Notes: generated by a model not told the origin, from the sequence alone. DNA of 64,000 nucleotides from Gammaproteobacteria bacterium (GCA_965238175.1 CBDEGZ010000003.1:1408001-1472000), one strand, 5' to 3'; counted from the first letter of the stretch, positions 28,021-39,037 are shown. A program made the numbers and translations.

Positions 28021-29790
28021 ATGTTGTCCAATATGAATCGTCGTGAATTTGCACAGCTGCTTTTAATAGCAGGTGCCAGTAACTTTTTTTCAAGAACTTC
28101 ATTTTCTTCTGAAGGAAACAACGGAGCTGAAGAGCTTTACAATGTTTCTAATTTTGGTAATGCAAGATTGCTGCACATTACCGATACACATGCACAGTTA
28201 AACCCAATATATTTTCGAGAACCTGATGTTAATATTGGTATTCACCGAGAAAATGGAAAACCTCCCCATATAGTTGGGAAATATTTCCTGGATTATTTTG
28301 GTATAGCTGCGGGCAGTCCTGAGGCCTATGCATTCACTTCAAATAATTTTGTTGAATGTGCTGAGAAATATGGAAAGGTCGGTGGTTTTGCTTATCTTAG
28401 TACATTGGTAAAACAATTACGTAAAGGTTATACGGGTGAGAACAGATCATTATTATTAGATGGTGGTGATACCTGGCAAGGTTCAGCAACCTCATACTGG
28501 ACGCGTGGCAAAGATATGGTTCAAGCATCTAACCTTCTTGGTGTAGATGTTATGACGGGACACTGGGAATTCACCTATGAAGAAAAAGAAATATTAGAAA
28601 ATATTTCTGAATTAGATGCGGAATTTCTAGCGCAGAATATTAAGGTAAATGAAGATGCTTTATTTGAAGGTGCCAAAGCCTACGATGAAGATAACGGCTA
28701 TGCATTTAAACCCTACACGATAAAAGAAATGGGTGATAAACGTGTGGCAATTATTGGCCAAGCTTTTCCATACACTCCAATTGCTAACCCGAGCCGTTTT
28801 ATTCCTAATTGGACATTTGGGATACAGGCGAATGAATTACAAGATTTGATCGATCAGATCCGTGAAACTGAAAAACCAGATGCCGTTGTTTTACTCTCTC
28901 ATAATGGTATGGATGTAGATTTAAAATTAGGTGCAACTGTTACAAGGCTAGATGTGATCCTTGGTGGTCATACACATGACGGTATACCTCAACCGGTAGT
29001 CGTCGAAAATTCCAAGGGAAAAACCTTAGTCACAAATGCAGGATCTAATGGTAAATTTCTTGCAGTACTAGATTTAGATCTAGGTGATGGACATGTAAAA
29101 GACTACAAATATAGTCTATTGCCGATTTTCTCAAACTTCATAAAACCTGATCTGGAAATGGCTGCTTATATAGAAAAAGTCCGTGCACCTTATGCAGCAA
29201 AACTCTCAGAGAAATTAGTAGTTACAGATGAGTTGCTCTACAGGCGAGGTAATTTTAGCGGTACTTTTGATCAGGTTATCTGTGATGCGTTACGTGGAGT
29301 AGAAGGTGCTGACATTGCACTTTCGCCAGGCTTCCGTTGGGGTACATCAATCTTGCCGGGACAAGTTATTACTATGGAACATGTAATGGATCAAACATGT
29401 ATTACTTATCCGGAAACTTACACTCGTGAAATGAAAGGTGAACAATTAAAAGCAATCCTGGAAGACGTTTGCGATAATATTTTTAATCTGGATCCATTCT
29501 ATAGACAAGGTGGTGACATGGTCAGAGTGGGAGGTATGGATTACGTTTGTGATCCAACAGAAAAGTTTGGAAAACGAATCACGGAGATGACCCTGGATAA
29601 TGGTAAATCGATAGATGCCAGTAAGACATATAAAGTAGCTGGCTGGGCCACAGTTAATTCGGAATCATCAGGTGCACCAATCTGGGATGTTGTCGCCGAT
29701 CATTTAAAAAGTAAAGACCAGCTAAAAATTGATAAAATGAATATTCCTAAATTAAAAAATATGGATGGCAATAGAGGTCTCATTTCTTAA
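28021..29790 (+). CDS. soxB: Thiosulfohydrolase SoxB
   Basis: Tat NRREF; LHITDTHAQL, DGGDTWQGS, GHWEF, LSHNG, GGHTH, PGFRWG; start at 28021 or 28033 rather than 27961. Confidence 0.96.
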   Translation: MLSNMNRREFAQLLLIAGASNFFSRTSFSSEGNNGAEELYNVSNFGNARLLHITDTHAQLNPIYFREPDVNIGIHRENGKPPHIVGKYFLDYFGIAAGSPEAYAFTSNNFVECAEKYGKVGGFAYLSTLVKQLRKGYTGENRSLLLDGGDTWQGSATSYWTRGKDMVQASNLLGVDVMTGHWEFTYEEKEILENISELDAEFLAQNIKVNEDALFEGAKAYDEDNGYAFKPYTIKEMGDKRVAIIGQAFPYTPIANPSRFIPNWTFGIQANELQDLIDQIRETEKPDAVVLLSHNGMDVDLKLGATVTRLDVILGGHTHDGIPQPVVVENSKGKTLVTNAGSNGKFLAVLDLDLGDGHVKDYKYSLLPIFSNFIKPDLEMAAYIEKVRAPYAAKLSEKLVVTDELLYRRGNFSGTFDQVICDALRGVEGADIALSPGFRWGTSILPGQVITMEHVMDQTCITYPETYTREMKGEQLKAILEDVCDNIFNLDPFYRQGGDMVRVGGMDYVCDPTEKFGKRITEMTLDNGKSIDASKTYKVAGWATVNSESSGAPIWDVVADHLKSKDQLKIDKMNIPKLKNMDGNRGLIS

Positions 29791-30063
29791 AGTTCAGTTT
29801 TACTTTTTAATATCTTAACTGGTAAGTGGAACTGGCATAGAGATTATTTACATTTTAACTCACGAACAGTTGGCTACTGTCGTTTGATTTTCTCACTTGA
29901 TATAGCTTAATTATTGTTTGAATTGTCTTTATATATAAATAGAATTAGCTTATAGATATTACCTATACTATAGTTCTGATCATTATGATCAAATAATTTA
30001 TAAGCGCTGGTTGTCTGAAATATAAAGACAATTTTTCGTTCCATAAACTTGGAGAAGAACCTT

Positions 30064-30972
30064 ATGAATAATGAAAGTGAACAGCACATACGAGAAACGA
30101 ACTGTTTATTCATACCCGAAGTGTTTCCATTTTTTGATGAGAGTTCGAATACTTTTTCTTATATTGTTAAAGATCCGGATTCAGATGCATGCGCTGTGAT
30201 TGATACGGTTCTAGATTTTGACTATGCATCAGGAAAATTATCTTACGATCAGGCTGATAAAATTATTGCTTATATAAAAGATAATGATCTAAGTCTTAAA
30301 TGGTTGATAGAGACGCATGTACATGCGGATCATATTTCGGCAGCTCCATACATACAAGAAGCGCTGGGTGGGAAGCTAGGCATCAGTGAGTATATAACGA
30401 TTGTTCAGGATACGTTCGGTAAAGTATTTAATGAGGGAACTGACTTTGAGCGTGATGGATCTCAGTTTGATTATTTATTTAAAAATGGTGATGAGTATCA
30501 AATAGGTAATCTACCAGCATACGTGCTTCACACACCGGGACATACACCCGCTTGTATGACTCACGTTATTGGCGATGCTGCATTTGTTGGTGACACATTA
30601 TTTATGCCAGATGGCGGCACAGCCAGAGCTGATTTCCCTGGCGGCGATGCTCGAACTTTATATCAATCAATTCAAAAAGTATTAGACTTACCGGATGAAA
30701 CACGATTGTTTATGTGCCATGACTATGGGCCAAACAACCGAGAGTTTGAATACCAAACGACAGTTGCTTTGCAACGAGCTCATAATATTCATGTTAAATC
30801 GTCAATTGATGAGAAGACATTTGTAGACTTACGTGAAATTAGAGATAAAACCTTAGGGATGCCGCGTCTGATCTTTCCATCCTTGCAAATAAATATGCGA
30901 GCAGGACACTTTCCTGAGCCTGAAAGCAATCAAAAAGTATATCTGAAAGTGCCGATCAATTCGTTTGACTAA
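30064..30972 (+). CDS. pdo: Persulfide dioxygenase (ETHE1/Blh-type MBL fold)
   Basis: ETHVHADH, TPGHTPAC, GDTLFMPDGGTARADFPGG, MCHDY. Confidence 0.9.
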   Translation: MNNESEQHIRETNCLFIPEVFPFFDESSNTFSYIVKDPDSDACAVIDTVLDFDYASGKLSYDQADKIIAYIKDNDLSLKWLIETHVHADHISAAPYIQEALGGKLGISEYITIVQDTFGKVFNEGTDFERDGSQFDYLFKNGDEYQIGNLPAYVLHTPGHTPACMTHVIGDAAFVGDTLFMPDGGTARADFPGGDARTLYQSIQKVLDLPDETRLFMCHDYGPNNREFEYQTTVALQRAHNIHVKSSIDEKTFVDLREIRDKTLGMPRLIFPSLQINMRAGHFPEPESNQKVYLKVPINSFD

Positions 30973-31006
30973 TTACATATAAAACAGGTTAACTCTGAGA
31001 AAAATA

Positions 31007-32635
31007 ATGAAAATCACAAACCTTAATGAACAAGTCTCCGTATCTGATCAAATTACTATAGAAGATCTTAATGAATTAACGACAACAGGAGTAGAAATCC
31101 TTGTTTGTAACAGACCGGATAAAGAGTCTGCAGAACAAACAGATTTTGGTGATATAGCAGCCGCAGCCAAGGCGCTTGGAGTAGAAGCTGTGCATATTCC
31201 TTTTACTGCAGGAAAGATGACAGTTAATCATGAGAAACAATTTTTGGATTTGCTAAGTAGTGGTAAAAGAGTTCATGCCTATTGTAGGACAGGAAATCGA
31301 TCAAGTAATTTATGGAATGCAGTTAACACAGGAACTGGAAGTGGATCCGAGAGTAGTGCGGTTTCATCTGAAGCAATTTCGAGTGTGAGTGAGGCTTCAG
31401 TAAAGCCCAGTTATGATGTTGTTATAGTCGGTGCAGGCTCTGGTGGTATTGCAGTATCGGCCAGTCTACTGAAACGAAACCCAAGTCTACGTATCGCAAT
31501 CGTTGATCCATCTACCGAACATTTTTATCAGCCAGGTTGGACAATGGTTGGTGGTGGTATTTTTGATGCGAACTTTACTCGGAAAGAAACGAGAAATTTA
31601 ATTCCGAGCGGAGTGAAATGGATAGTACAATCAGTTACGGAATTCTCACCAGAAAGTAATAAAATTCATTTAAGTGATAATAGCGAGATCTATTACAATC
31701 AACTGGTGGTATCCCCAGGTTTAAAACTTAATTGGTCAGGGGTTGAAGGTCTTGAAGAGACATTGGGTAAAAATGGGGTAACATCAAATTACCGCTATGA
31801 TTTAGCACCTTATACTTGGGAGTTAGTCCAAAACTTAAGATCTGGAAAGGCATTATTCACTCAAGCTCCTATGCCTATTAAATGTGCTGGCGCACCACAG
31901 AAAGCGTTATATCTTTCAGCTGATCACTGGTATAAAAAGGGTTTGATAAACAATATAGATATTAATTTTCATAATGCGGGTGGTGTACTGTTTGGTGTTG
32001 AAGCTTACGTTCCAGCGTTAATGTCTTATATGCAGAAATATCAGGCCAATATTCATTTCAATCAAACACTGACTAAAGTTGATGGAGAACAAAAGAAAGC
32101 GTGGTTTAAAAGTAAAGATGAAGAAGGAAATGACCAAATAACCATTTCAGATTTCGATATGATTCATGTTTGCCCATCTCAATGTGCTCCTGATTTTATT
32201 CGTGAAAGTGCATTATCAGATGATGCAGGCTGGTTAGATGTTGATCAAAATACCTTACAGCATAAAACATATGCAAATATTTGGGGTTTGGGTGATGTTA
32301 TGAACACCCCGAATGCAAAAACAATGGCTGCAGTTCGCAAGCAAGCTCCAGTAGTCGCTCAAAATATTAGCGATACATTATTAAGTAAAAAACCAAGTGT
32401 TGCTTATGATGGATATGGCTCTTGTCCGTTGACAGTGGAAGCTGGCAAGATAGTGCTCGCAGAATTTTCTTATGGCGGAAAGCTGGCGCCGACTTTTCCA
32501 CAGTGGATAAACGATGGTACAAAACCAACTAAATTAGCATGGTTACTTAAAGCTCAAATACTTCCAACAATATATTGGCATGGCATGCTTAAAGGGCGTG
32601 AGTGGCTTGCATCTCCACAAAAAAGCAAGTCTTAA
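31007..32635 (+). CDS. sqr: DUF442 (TIGR01244) sulfurtransferase - type II sulfide:quinone oxidoreductase fusion
   Basis: CNRPD and YCRTGNRS; GAGSGG, YQPGWT, KCAGAPQK, YDGYGSCP. Confidence 0.92.
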   Translation: MKITNLNEQVSVSDQITIEDLNELTTTGVEILVCNRPDKESAEQTDFGDIAAAAKALGVEAVHIPFTAGKMTVNHEKQFLDLLSSGKRVHAYCRTGNRSSNLWNAVNTGTGSGSESSAVSSEAISSVSEASVKPSYDVVIVGAGSGGIAVSASLLKRNPSLRIAIVDPSTEHFYQPGWTMVGGGIFDANFTRKETRNLIPSGVKWIVQSVTEFSPESNKIHLSDNSEIYYNQLVVSPGLKLNWSGVEGLEETLGKNGVTSNYRYDLAPYTWELVQNLRSGKALFTQAPMPIKCAGAPQKALYLSADHWYKKGLINNIDINFHNAGGVLFGVEAYVPALMSYMQKYQANIHFNQTLTKVDGEQKKAWFKSKDEEGNDQITISDFDMIHVCPSQCAPDFIRESALSDDAGWLDVDQNTLQHKTYANIWGLGDVMNTPNAKTMAAVRKQAPVVAQNISDTLLSKKPSVAYDGYGSCPLTVEAGKIVLAEFSYGGKLAPTFPQWINDGTKPTKLAWLLKAQILPTIYWHGMLKGREWLASPQKSKS

Positions 32636-32648
32636 GTAATTAGGGAGA

Positions 32649-34364
32649 ATGAGACGCTTCGCAAATTATTTTCCAATTGTTCAATGGGGGAAGCCGTACG
32701 ATAAGGAATCTTTAACCAGAGATATTCTGGCGGCAGTGATTGTGACGATTATGTTGATCCCACAATCTTTGGCTTATGCGTTGTTGGCAGGGCTGCCTGC
32801 GAAAGTAGGTCTTTATGCAAGCATTTTACCCCTGGTGGTCTACGCTATCTTCGGAACCAGCAAAACACTATCGGTAGGCCCAGTTGCCGTTGCATCATTA
32901 ATGACTGCCTCAGCACTTTCTGAAATTGCTCAACAAGGAACCACAGATTACTTGACTGCGGCTATTACGTTGGCACTTATATCAGGCGTGTTTTTACTGG
33001 TTTTAGGATTTTTTAAATTAGGATTTCTTGCAAATTTTCTCTCACACCCTGTTGTTTCTGGTTTTATTACCGCGTCAGGAATTCTTATTGCTTTTAGTCA
33101 ACTCAAACATGTACTAGGTGTTAAGGCCGATGGAGAGACACTGCTAGAAATTGGATCATCGTTGGCGAGTCAACTAACATCGATCAATTTTCATACGTTA
33201 CTAATGAGTGTTGCCGTTTTGTATTTTTTATATTGGGCTCGTTGTGGTTTTGCAGAAATGTTAATGAGACGAGGAATTGCAAAAAGGAAAGCGCTATTAT
33301 TCGCAAGAGTAGCACCTGTGGTGAGTATTTTAGCAACAATATTTATGGCTTATTTTTTTAATTTGGAATCAAAAAGTGTTGCTCTTGTTGGAACGATCCC
33401 ATCGGGTCTACCAAGTTTACAAATACCTGACTTATCGATAGATTTGATCAAGACTCTGTTCTTGCCAGCTATTTTGATTTCTATTATAGGTTATGTAGAA
33501 TCGGTCTCAGTTGGAAAAACACTTGCAGCTAAGAAACGTCAAAAAATTGATGTTAATCAGGAATTAATAGGGTTAGGTGCAGCCAACGTTGCCTCAGCAG
33601 TTTCTGGAGCATTTCCTGTTACTGGTGGTTTTTCTCGATCAGTTGTTAATTTCGATGCAGGAGCCGCGACACAGGCCGCGAGTATTTTTGCTGCAGTTGG
33701 TATAGCACTCGCGTCACTTTTTCTAACACCCGCTCTTTATTACTTACCAAAAGCAACATTAGCAGCTACGATAATAATTGCCGTTTTATCATTAGTCGAT
33801 TTCTCCATTTTTAAAAAAACATGGAATTTTTCAAGAAGTGATTTTTATGCAGTATTCACTACCGTTGTGATTACATTACTGTTTGGAGTTGAGGCGGGGG
33901 TTGCCAGTGGTGTTGGTACTTCTATCACTTTGCATCTATATCGAACATCAATGCCGCATATTGCAGAAGTAGGTCTGGTTGATGGCACAGAACATTTTAG
34001 AAATATAAATCGTTATCATGTTCAGACACTGCCAGAAATTTTATCTCTGCGCATGGATGAAAGCCTCTTTTTTGCAAATGCCAGTTATTTGGAAGATCAA
34101 ATATACGATACGATCTATTATCGTGACAAAATAGCCCATGTCATATTGGTTTGCAGTGCGATCAATGAAATTGATTTAAGTGCGATGGAAATGCTCGAAG
34201 CAGTTAATGAAAGATTAATAGAGCAAGGTATACATCTTCACCTTTCTGAGATTAAAGGTCCGGTTATGGAAATGCTGGAACGATCAGGTTTTATAGACTT
34301 TCTATCAGGAAAAATATTTTTAACACAGTTTGAAGCATTTACTTATCTTAGTGGCAGGAAATAG
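32649..34364 (+). CDS. SulP-family anion transporter with STAS domain
   Basis: IPQSLAYALLAGLP, VGPVA, NQELIGLG, TGGFSRS, LFFANA. Confidence 0.93.
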   Translation: MRRFANYFPIVQWGKPYDKESLTRDILAAVIVTIMLIPQSLAYALLAGLPAKVGLYASILPLVVYAIFGTSKTLSVGPVAVASLMTASALSEIAQQGTTDYLTAAITLALISGVFLLVLGFFKLGFLANFLSHPVVSGFITASGILIAFSQLKHVLGVKADGETLLEIGSSLASQLTSINFHTLLMSVAVLYFLYWARCGFAEMLMRRGIAKRKALLFARVAPVVSILATIFMAYFFNLESKSVALVGTIPSGLPSLQIPDLSIDLIKTLFLPAILISIIGYVESVSVGKTLAAKKRQKIDVNQELIGLGAANVASAVSGAFPVTGGFSRSVVNFDAGAATQAASIFAAVGIALASLFLTPALYYLPKATLAATIIIAVLSLVDFSIFKKTWNFSRSDFYAVFTTVVITLLFGVEAGVASGVGTSITLHLYRTSMPHIAEVGLVDGTEHFRNINRYHVQTLPEILSLRMDESLFFANASYLEDQIYDTIYYRDKIAHVILVCSAINEIDLSAMEMLEAVNERLIEQGIHLHLSEIKGPVMEMLERSGFIDFLSGKIFLTQFEAFTYLSGRK

Positions 34365-34500
34365 TTTAAACATATTAAAAAAATATAGAATTTTGTTGTT
34401 ACCATTTTATAACTCTTATCTAATACTCTTCTTTGATAAATAACGTTTTCTGATTTTTCTGTATTTAGATAAATTCCGAACTTCCTTATTCGTGATATTC

Positions 34501-36168
34501 CTAATGAATAGCCAACATTTCTTTTGCATGCTCGATAGTTTGATCGGTAATCTTCAATCCACCTAGCATTCGAGCAATTTCTTTAACACGTTGTTTTTGA
34601 TCAAGTGGCAATATGTGTGTCCAGGTATTATTTTGATCAGAATCTTTTTTCACCTGAAAGTGGTGGTGTCCGAGCGAGGCAACTTGTGGCAAGTGGGTGA
34701 CGCAGAGGATCTGTCGATTTTTACCAAGGCCGCGCATTTTTTTGCCAACAATCTCAGCAATGCCACCACCAATGCCAACATCGACTTCATCGAATACTAG
34801 CGTATGAACACCTTTTCCTTGGGCGGTAATAACTTGAATTGCTAGGCTTATTCTTGAAAGTTCTCCACCGGATGCGACTTTGCTCAAGGGTTGTAACGCT
34901 TGACCGGGATTTGCGCTGACCAGAAACTCAATATTATCTATCCCTGTAAATGAAGGTTTTTCTTCACTCTTGATATTTAGTCGAACTTCAAATTTCCCAC
35001 CGTCCATTCCTAGTAATTGCAGTTCGTTGCTAATTTGATCAGATAATTTTTGTGCATGTTCCTTTCTGCTTTTACTCAGTGCTACAGCAGCCTGTTGATA
35101 GCTGGAAAGTGCTTGTTTCTGTTCATCATGCAATTCTTTAAATCGCTGTTCAGAATTTTCCAGATCATTTAGTTGTGTTTTTAATTTTTCGAATGTCTCT
35201 GGTAAATCTTCGATCTGAGTTTGGTGCTTTCGGGCTAGATCCTGGAGTGAACTTAAATGTGACTCGATTTGGTTAAATTCATTTTGATCAAAATCCAATG
35301 ATTCTATTAGATGACGAAGTTGTGTTTCAGCCTCATCGAGCTGAATGCTGGCTTCATCCATCGTTTCTATAATGGATGCGGTTTTTGGTTCGAACTGGCT
35401 AACTTGTTGTAGTGCAACGATGGCTTTTTGCAAACGAGAGGATTGGGATTCTTGATCTTCGAAGAAACTTTCGGCCGCCTGACAAGCATCAGAAATTTTT
35501 GTCTGATTTGCTAGTCTTTTATGTTTTTCTAGTGTTGCGATAAGATCTTCAGGATCGACAATCGTTGTTTGCAGTTCTTCTAATTGATAGCGAAGAAGAT
35601 CTTTCTGGCTATTTCTAGCCGTCGGATCTCCACTCAAATTTTCCAGATCAAGGGTAATTGTTTTCCAGTCTTCTGCTGATTTTTGTACGGCTTTAATCAG
35701 AGTGTCGTGTCCAGCAAATTCGTCCAGCATTTCTCGTTGATTTTCTTTTCTGATTAAAGATTGATGCGCGTGTTGGCCATGGATATCGATTAGATGTTCG
35801 CTAAGTGCTTTTAATGTTTGGCCAGGTACGGCGACACCATTGATGTAACCACGTGAACGTCCATCACTGCTGATCTGTCGACGCAATAGGCATTCACCTT
35901 CATCACAATCGATATCTTGTTCTTCCAGCAAGGTTTGTGCTTTTGGGAGATCGGTAATATCAAAGATTGCACTTATCGATGTTTTATCTGCGCCTGATCT
36001 GACGACGCCACTTTGAGCGCGATCCCCAAGAACCAATCCTAATGCATCGATCATTATTGATTTACCAGCGCCCGTTTCACCCGTGAAGACGGTCATACCG
36101 TTGCTGAACTCTAAATCCAGTTGGTCAACTATCGCATAGTTTTTTACTGAGAGATGTTTTAGCCCCAT
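34501..36168 (-). CDS. recN: DNA repair protein RecN
   Basis: TGETGAGKS, IHGQH, ASGGELSR, FDEVD, VTHLPQVA. Confidence 0.97.
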   Translation of the reverse strand: MGLKHLSVKNYAIVDQLDLEFSNGMTVFTGETGAGKSIMIDALGLVLGDRAQSGVVRSGADKTSISAIFDITDLPKAQTLLEEQDIDCDEGECLLRRQISSDGRSRGYINGVAVPGQTLKALSEHLIDIHGQHAHQSLIRKENQREMLDEFAGHDTLIKAVQKSAEDWKTITLDLENLSGDPTARNSQKDLLRYQLEELQTTIVDPEDLIATLEKHKRLANQTKISDACQAAESFFEDQESQSSRLQKAIVALQQVSQFEPKTASIIETMDEASIQLDEAETQLRHLIESLDFDQNEFNQIESHLSSLQDLARKHQTQIEDLPETFEKLKTQLNDLENSEQRFKELHDEQKQALSSYQQAAVALSKSRKEHAQKLSDQISNELQLLGMDGGKFEVRLNIKSEEKPSFTGIDNIEFLVSANPGQALQPLSKVASGGELSRISLAIQVITAQGKGVHTLVFDEVDVGIGGGIAEIVGKKMRGLGKNRQILCVTHLPQVASLGHHHFQVKKDSDQNNTWTHILPLDQKQRVKEIARMLGGLKITDQTIEHAKEMLAIH

Positions 36169-37016
36169 TGCAGTTTTGCACGTAGTGTCGCGTAATAATC
36201 GTGATCATTTGGATGAATTAGACGGATAAATCGCTCACTTTTTTCTATGCTAATTTGATCATCCTGAGCCAGGGCAAATTTTACATTACCATCGCAAGTG
36301 AGTCGCGCATGTTCGGCTTCTGGCGTACTGATCTGAATGGTGATTTTGTTATCGCCATCAATAACTATTGGACGATTACTTAATGTATGTGGACAGATTG
36401 GAACCAGCGAAATTGCATTGAGGCTAGGATGCAAAATAGGTCCACCACAGGAGAGCGCATATGCGGTTGAGCCTGTTGGGGTAGAGATGATCAAACCATC
36501 TGAGCGTTGGCTGTTGACGAAAACATCATTGATGTAAGTATCAAATGTGATCAGACGCGCGGTGTCCCATTTTTGGATCACTGCATCGTTGAGTGCATTA
36601 TAAGTTGCTAAGACTTCATCATTACGAATAACGGAGCAACGTAAAATTGCGCGTTGTTCTTCAAAAAAATCACCTTGCAAAATACGATCTAAACGTTGAT
36701 CCATTTCTTTGGGTGAGATGTCGGTTAAAAAACCGAGCGTCCCCAAATTGATCCCTAAAAGACGTACATCATAATTGGGCAGTTGATGCGCAGCATGCAG
36801 CAGGGTTCCGTCGCCACCGATGGAAATAAGTAGATCGCAATTATCTCCGTTCAGTGTTTCTAAGCCAACCATTTCTTCTGAGCTTAACTGAGCAGCACAC
36901 TGATCACCGACAACGATATCAAGATCTCTCGCTTTGAGAAATTTGATCAATTTGATCAGTGCTTTTTGAACCCGCTTGTCATCGGGTTTTGCGATGAGAC
37001 CGATTTTCTTAAACAT
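36159..37016 (-). CDS. nadK: NAD kinase
   Basis: GGDGTLL, GTLGFL, LND, DGLIISTPTGSTAY. Confidence 0.96.
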   Translation of the reverse strand: MFKKIGLIAKPDDKRVQKALIKLIKFLKARDLDIVVGDQCAAQLSSEEMVGLETLNGDNCDLLISIGGDGTLLHAAHQLPNYDVRLLGINLGTLGFLTDISPKEMDQRLDRILQGDFFEEQRAILRCSVIRNDEVLATYNALNDAVIQKWDTARLITFDTYINDVFVNSQRSDGLIISTPTGSTAYALSCGGPILHPSLNAISLVPICPHTLSNRPIVIDGDNKITIQISTPEAEHARLTCDGNVKFALAQDDQISIEKSERFIRLIHPNDHDYYATLRAKLQWG

Positions 37017-37199
37017 GGAGGGAGAAGTTAGCATTTCAGCTTAGTGTGAACAATCTTTTTTTATGATCATCATTATTTGATTTTTATATCAAACGTCAGG
37101 TTGATTAGACGTGCTTATGAAATTTAGCGAGCTGATATCATATTTTAAGTAAGAACACTGCTAAAATCATTAAGATATTCAGTGAGATCAGGAACATTT

Positions 37200-37226
37200 T
37201 TTGCACTCTTAGGACGAGAGTGCTAA
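37200..37226 (+). promoter_or_regulatory. CIRCE operator
   Basis: TTTGCACTC-N9-GAGTGCTAA, one mismatch to TTAGCACTC-N9-GAGTGCTAA, upstream of hrcA. Confidence 0.92.
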
Positions 37227-37284
37227 ATTTCGCGCTCTAATGGAGTTTGAACCTTTGTGGAATACTTTTTGATCACTAAAACGG

Positions 37285-38334
37285 ATGTCTGAAAACCCAG
37301 AACATAAGCAAATGACTGAACGTCAACAGCATCTTTTAAAGATACTGGTGGAACGTTACATTGGAGATGGTCAACCCGTTGGATCTCGTACCTTGGTCAA
37401 AGAATCTGATTTGGATCTCAGTTCTGCAACGGTACGTAATGTTATGGCGGATCTTGAGGATTTGGGTTTGATTACTTCTCCGCATACTTCGGCGGGGCGC
37501 GTTCCTACCAATCTCGGTTATAGATTATTTGTGGATTCATTATTAACTGTCGAAAAGTTATCAACGGGTGTGATCCAGAAAATATGCACGAATATTGAAT
37601 ATGAAGAAGACATGGAAGTTTTACTTGGTAAAACATCTTCAATGTTATCTGAGGTCACACAACTTGCTGGTTTAGTGATGATTCCGCGTGTAGAAGCACA
37701 GTCTTTACGTCATGTTGAATTTTTACCGTTGTCCGATAATCGAGTTCTTGCGATTCTGGTCATCAACAATAAAGATGTTCAGAATAAAGTCATTCATACC
37801 CAACGAGCCTATAACGCATCCGAATTGGAACAAGCGGCAAATTATTTGAATGAAGCGTTTGTTGGACGTGATTTATCCGTTGTCCGATCAGAACTACTTA
37901 AAGAAATGTCAGATGCTAAAGAACAAGTAAATCAGCTGATGACGACAGTGATCGAAATGACTGAGGCTTTGAATATAGGCGCGCAACAGCAAGATTATGT
38001 AATGGCTGGTGAGACAAACTTGATGGAGCAGGGGCAGATGTCTGATATAGATCAACTACGTCAGCTTTTTGAGGCCTTTAATCATAAGCAAGACATCTTA
38101 CATTTACTCGATCAGGCCTTGGATGGACAAGGAATACAATTATTTATTGGCGAAGAATCAGGTTATAAGGTGTTTGATGATTGCAGCATTGTGACGTCAA
38201 CCTATGAAACTGACGGAGAGGTATTGGGGGTACTTGGTATTATTGGCCCAACCCGAATGTCCTACGAAAAAGTCATCCCAGTGGTTGATGCTACAGCAAA
38301 AATGCTCGGCTCGGCCTTGAAATCTTTACATTAA
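37285..38334 (+). CDS. hrcA: Heat-inducible transcription repressor HrcA
   Basis: PVGSRTL, SSATVRN, PHTSAGRVPT, IGPTRM. Confidence 0.97.
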   Translation: MSENPEHKQMTERQQHLLKILVERYIGDGQPVGSRTLVKESDLDLSSATVRNVMADLEDLGLITSPHTSAGRVPTNLGYRLFVDSLLTVEKLSTGVIQKICTNIEYEEDMEVLLGKTSSMLSEVTQLAGLVMIPRVEAQSLRHVEFLPLSDNRVLAILVINNKDVQNKVIHTQRAYNASELEQAANYLNEAFVGRDLSVVRSELLKEMSDAKEQVNQLMTTVIEMTEALNIGAQQQDYVMAGETNLMEQGQMSDIDQLRQLFEAFNHKQDILHLLDQALDGQGIQLFIGEESGYKVFDDCSIVTSTYETDGEVLGVLGIIGPTRMSYEKVIPVVDATAKMLGSALKSLH

Positions 38335-38343
38335 TCCCCACCT
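38316..38343 (+). promoter_or_regulatory. Sigma32 promoter for grpE
   Basis: CTTGAAA-N13-CCCCACCT. Confidence 0.8.
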
Positions 38344-38390
38344 CAAAGTATTAATAGATTAACTAAAGCATATTTGGAGAGAAGCTGAAA

Positions 38391-38969
38391 ATGGCTAATG
38401 AGAAAGAACCATTGGACGATGTTGTTGATGACGGAGTTTTAGAACCTGAACTTGTCGAAGAGACTGCTGAAGATCAGCAAGCAGTAGGTGAATCAGAAAT
38501 TGAGACAGAGTTAGAAAGCCTGCAAAGACAACTCGAAGCTGCCGAGAAGAAAGCTAAAGATAATTGGGAAACCGCATTGCGTGCTCAGGCTGAAACTGAC
38601 AACGTTAGAAAACGCGCCGTTAAAGATGTCGAAAGTGCACATAAATATTCTGTTGAAAAATTGATCAACGAATTCTTACCTGTTAAGGATAGTCTCGAAT
38701 TAGGTATTAACGCATCTGAGCAAGCAGATGTTAAGAGCTTGGTAGAAGGTATGGAATTGACCTTGGTTTCATTTAGCACAGCACTTGAAAAGTGTGGTGT
38801 CCAAGTGGTGGATCCGGTAGGTGAGAAATTTGATCCAGAACATCATCAAGCGATGACTATGATCGAAAACCCAGATGTGGAATCTGGCATGGTGATCGAT
38901 GTAATGCAGAAAGGTTATTTACTAAATGAACGACTAATCAGACCTGCCATGGTTGTCGTTGCTAAGTAA
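38391..38969 (+). CDS. grpE: Nucleotide exchange factor GrpE
   Basis: LRAQAE.DN.RKR, FDPEHHQA, QKGY.LNERLIRPAMV. Confidence 0.97.
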   Translation: MANEKEPLDDVVDDGVLEPELVEETAEDQQAVGESEIETELESLQRQLEAAEKKAKDNWETALRAQAETDNVRKRAVKDVESAHKYSVEKLINEFLPVKDSLELGINASEQADVKSLVEGMELTLVSFSTALEKCGVQVVDPVGEKFDPEHHQAMTMIENPDVESGMVIDVMQKGYLLNERLIRPAMVVVAK

Positions 38970-39009
38970 TGGATCAAATAATAAATACGGACAAAGTAGC
39001 ATTTGAAAA

Positions 39010-39037
39010 CTTGAAAAAATCACAGCTGACCCCATAT
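39010..39037 (+). promoter_or_regulatory. Sigma32 promoter for dnaK
   Basis: CTTGAAA-N13-CCCCATAT. Confidence 0.88.
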
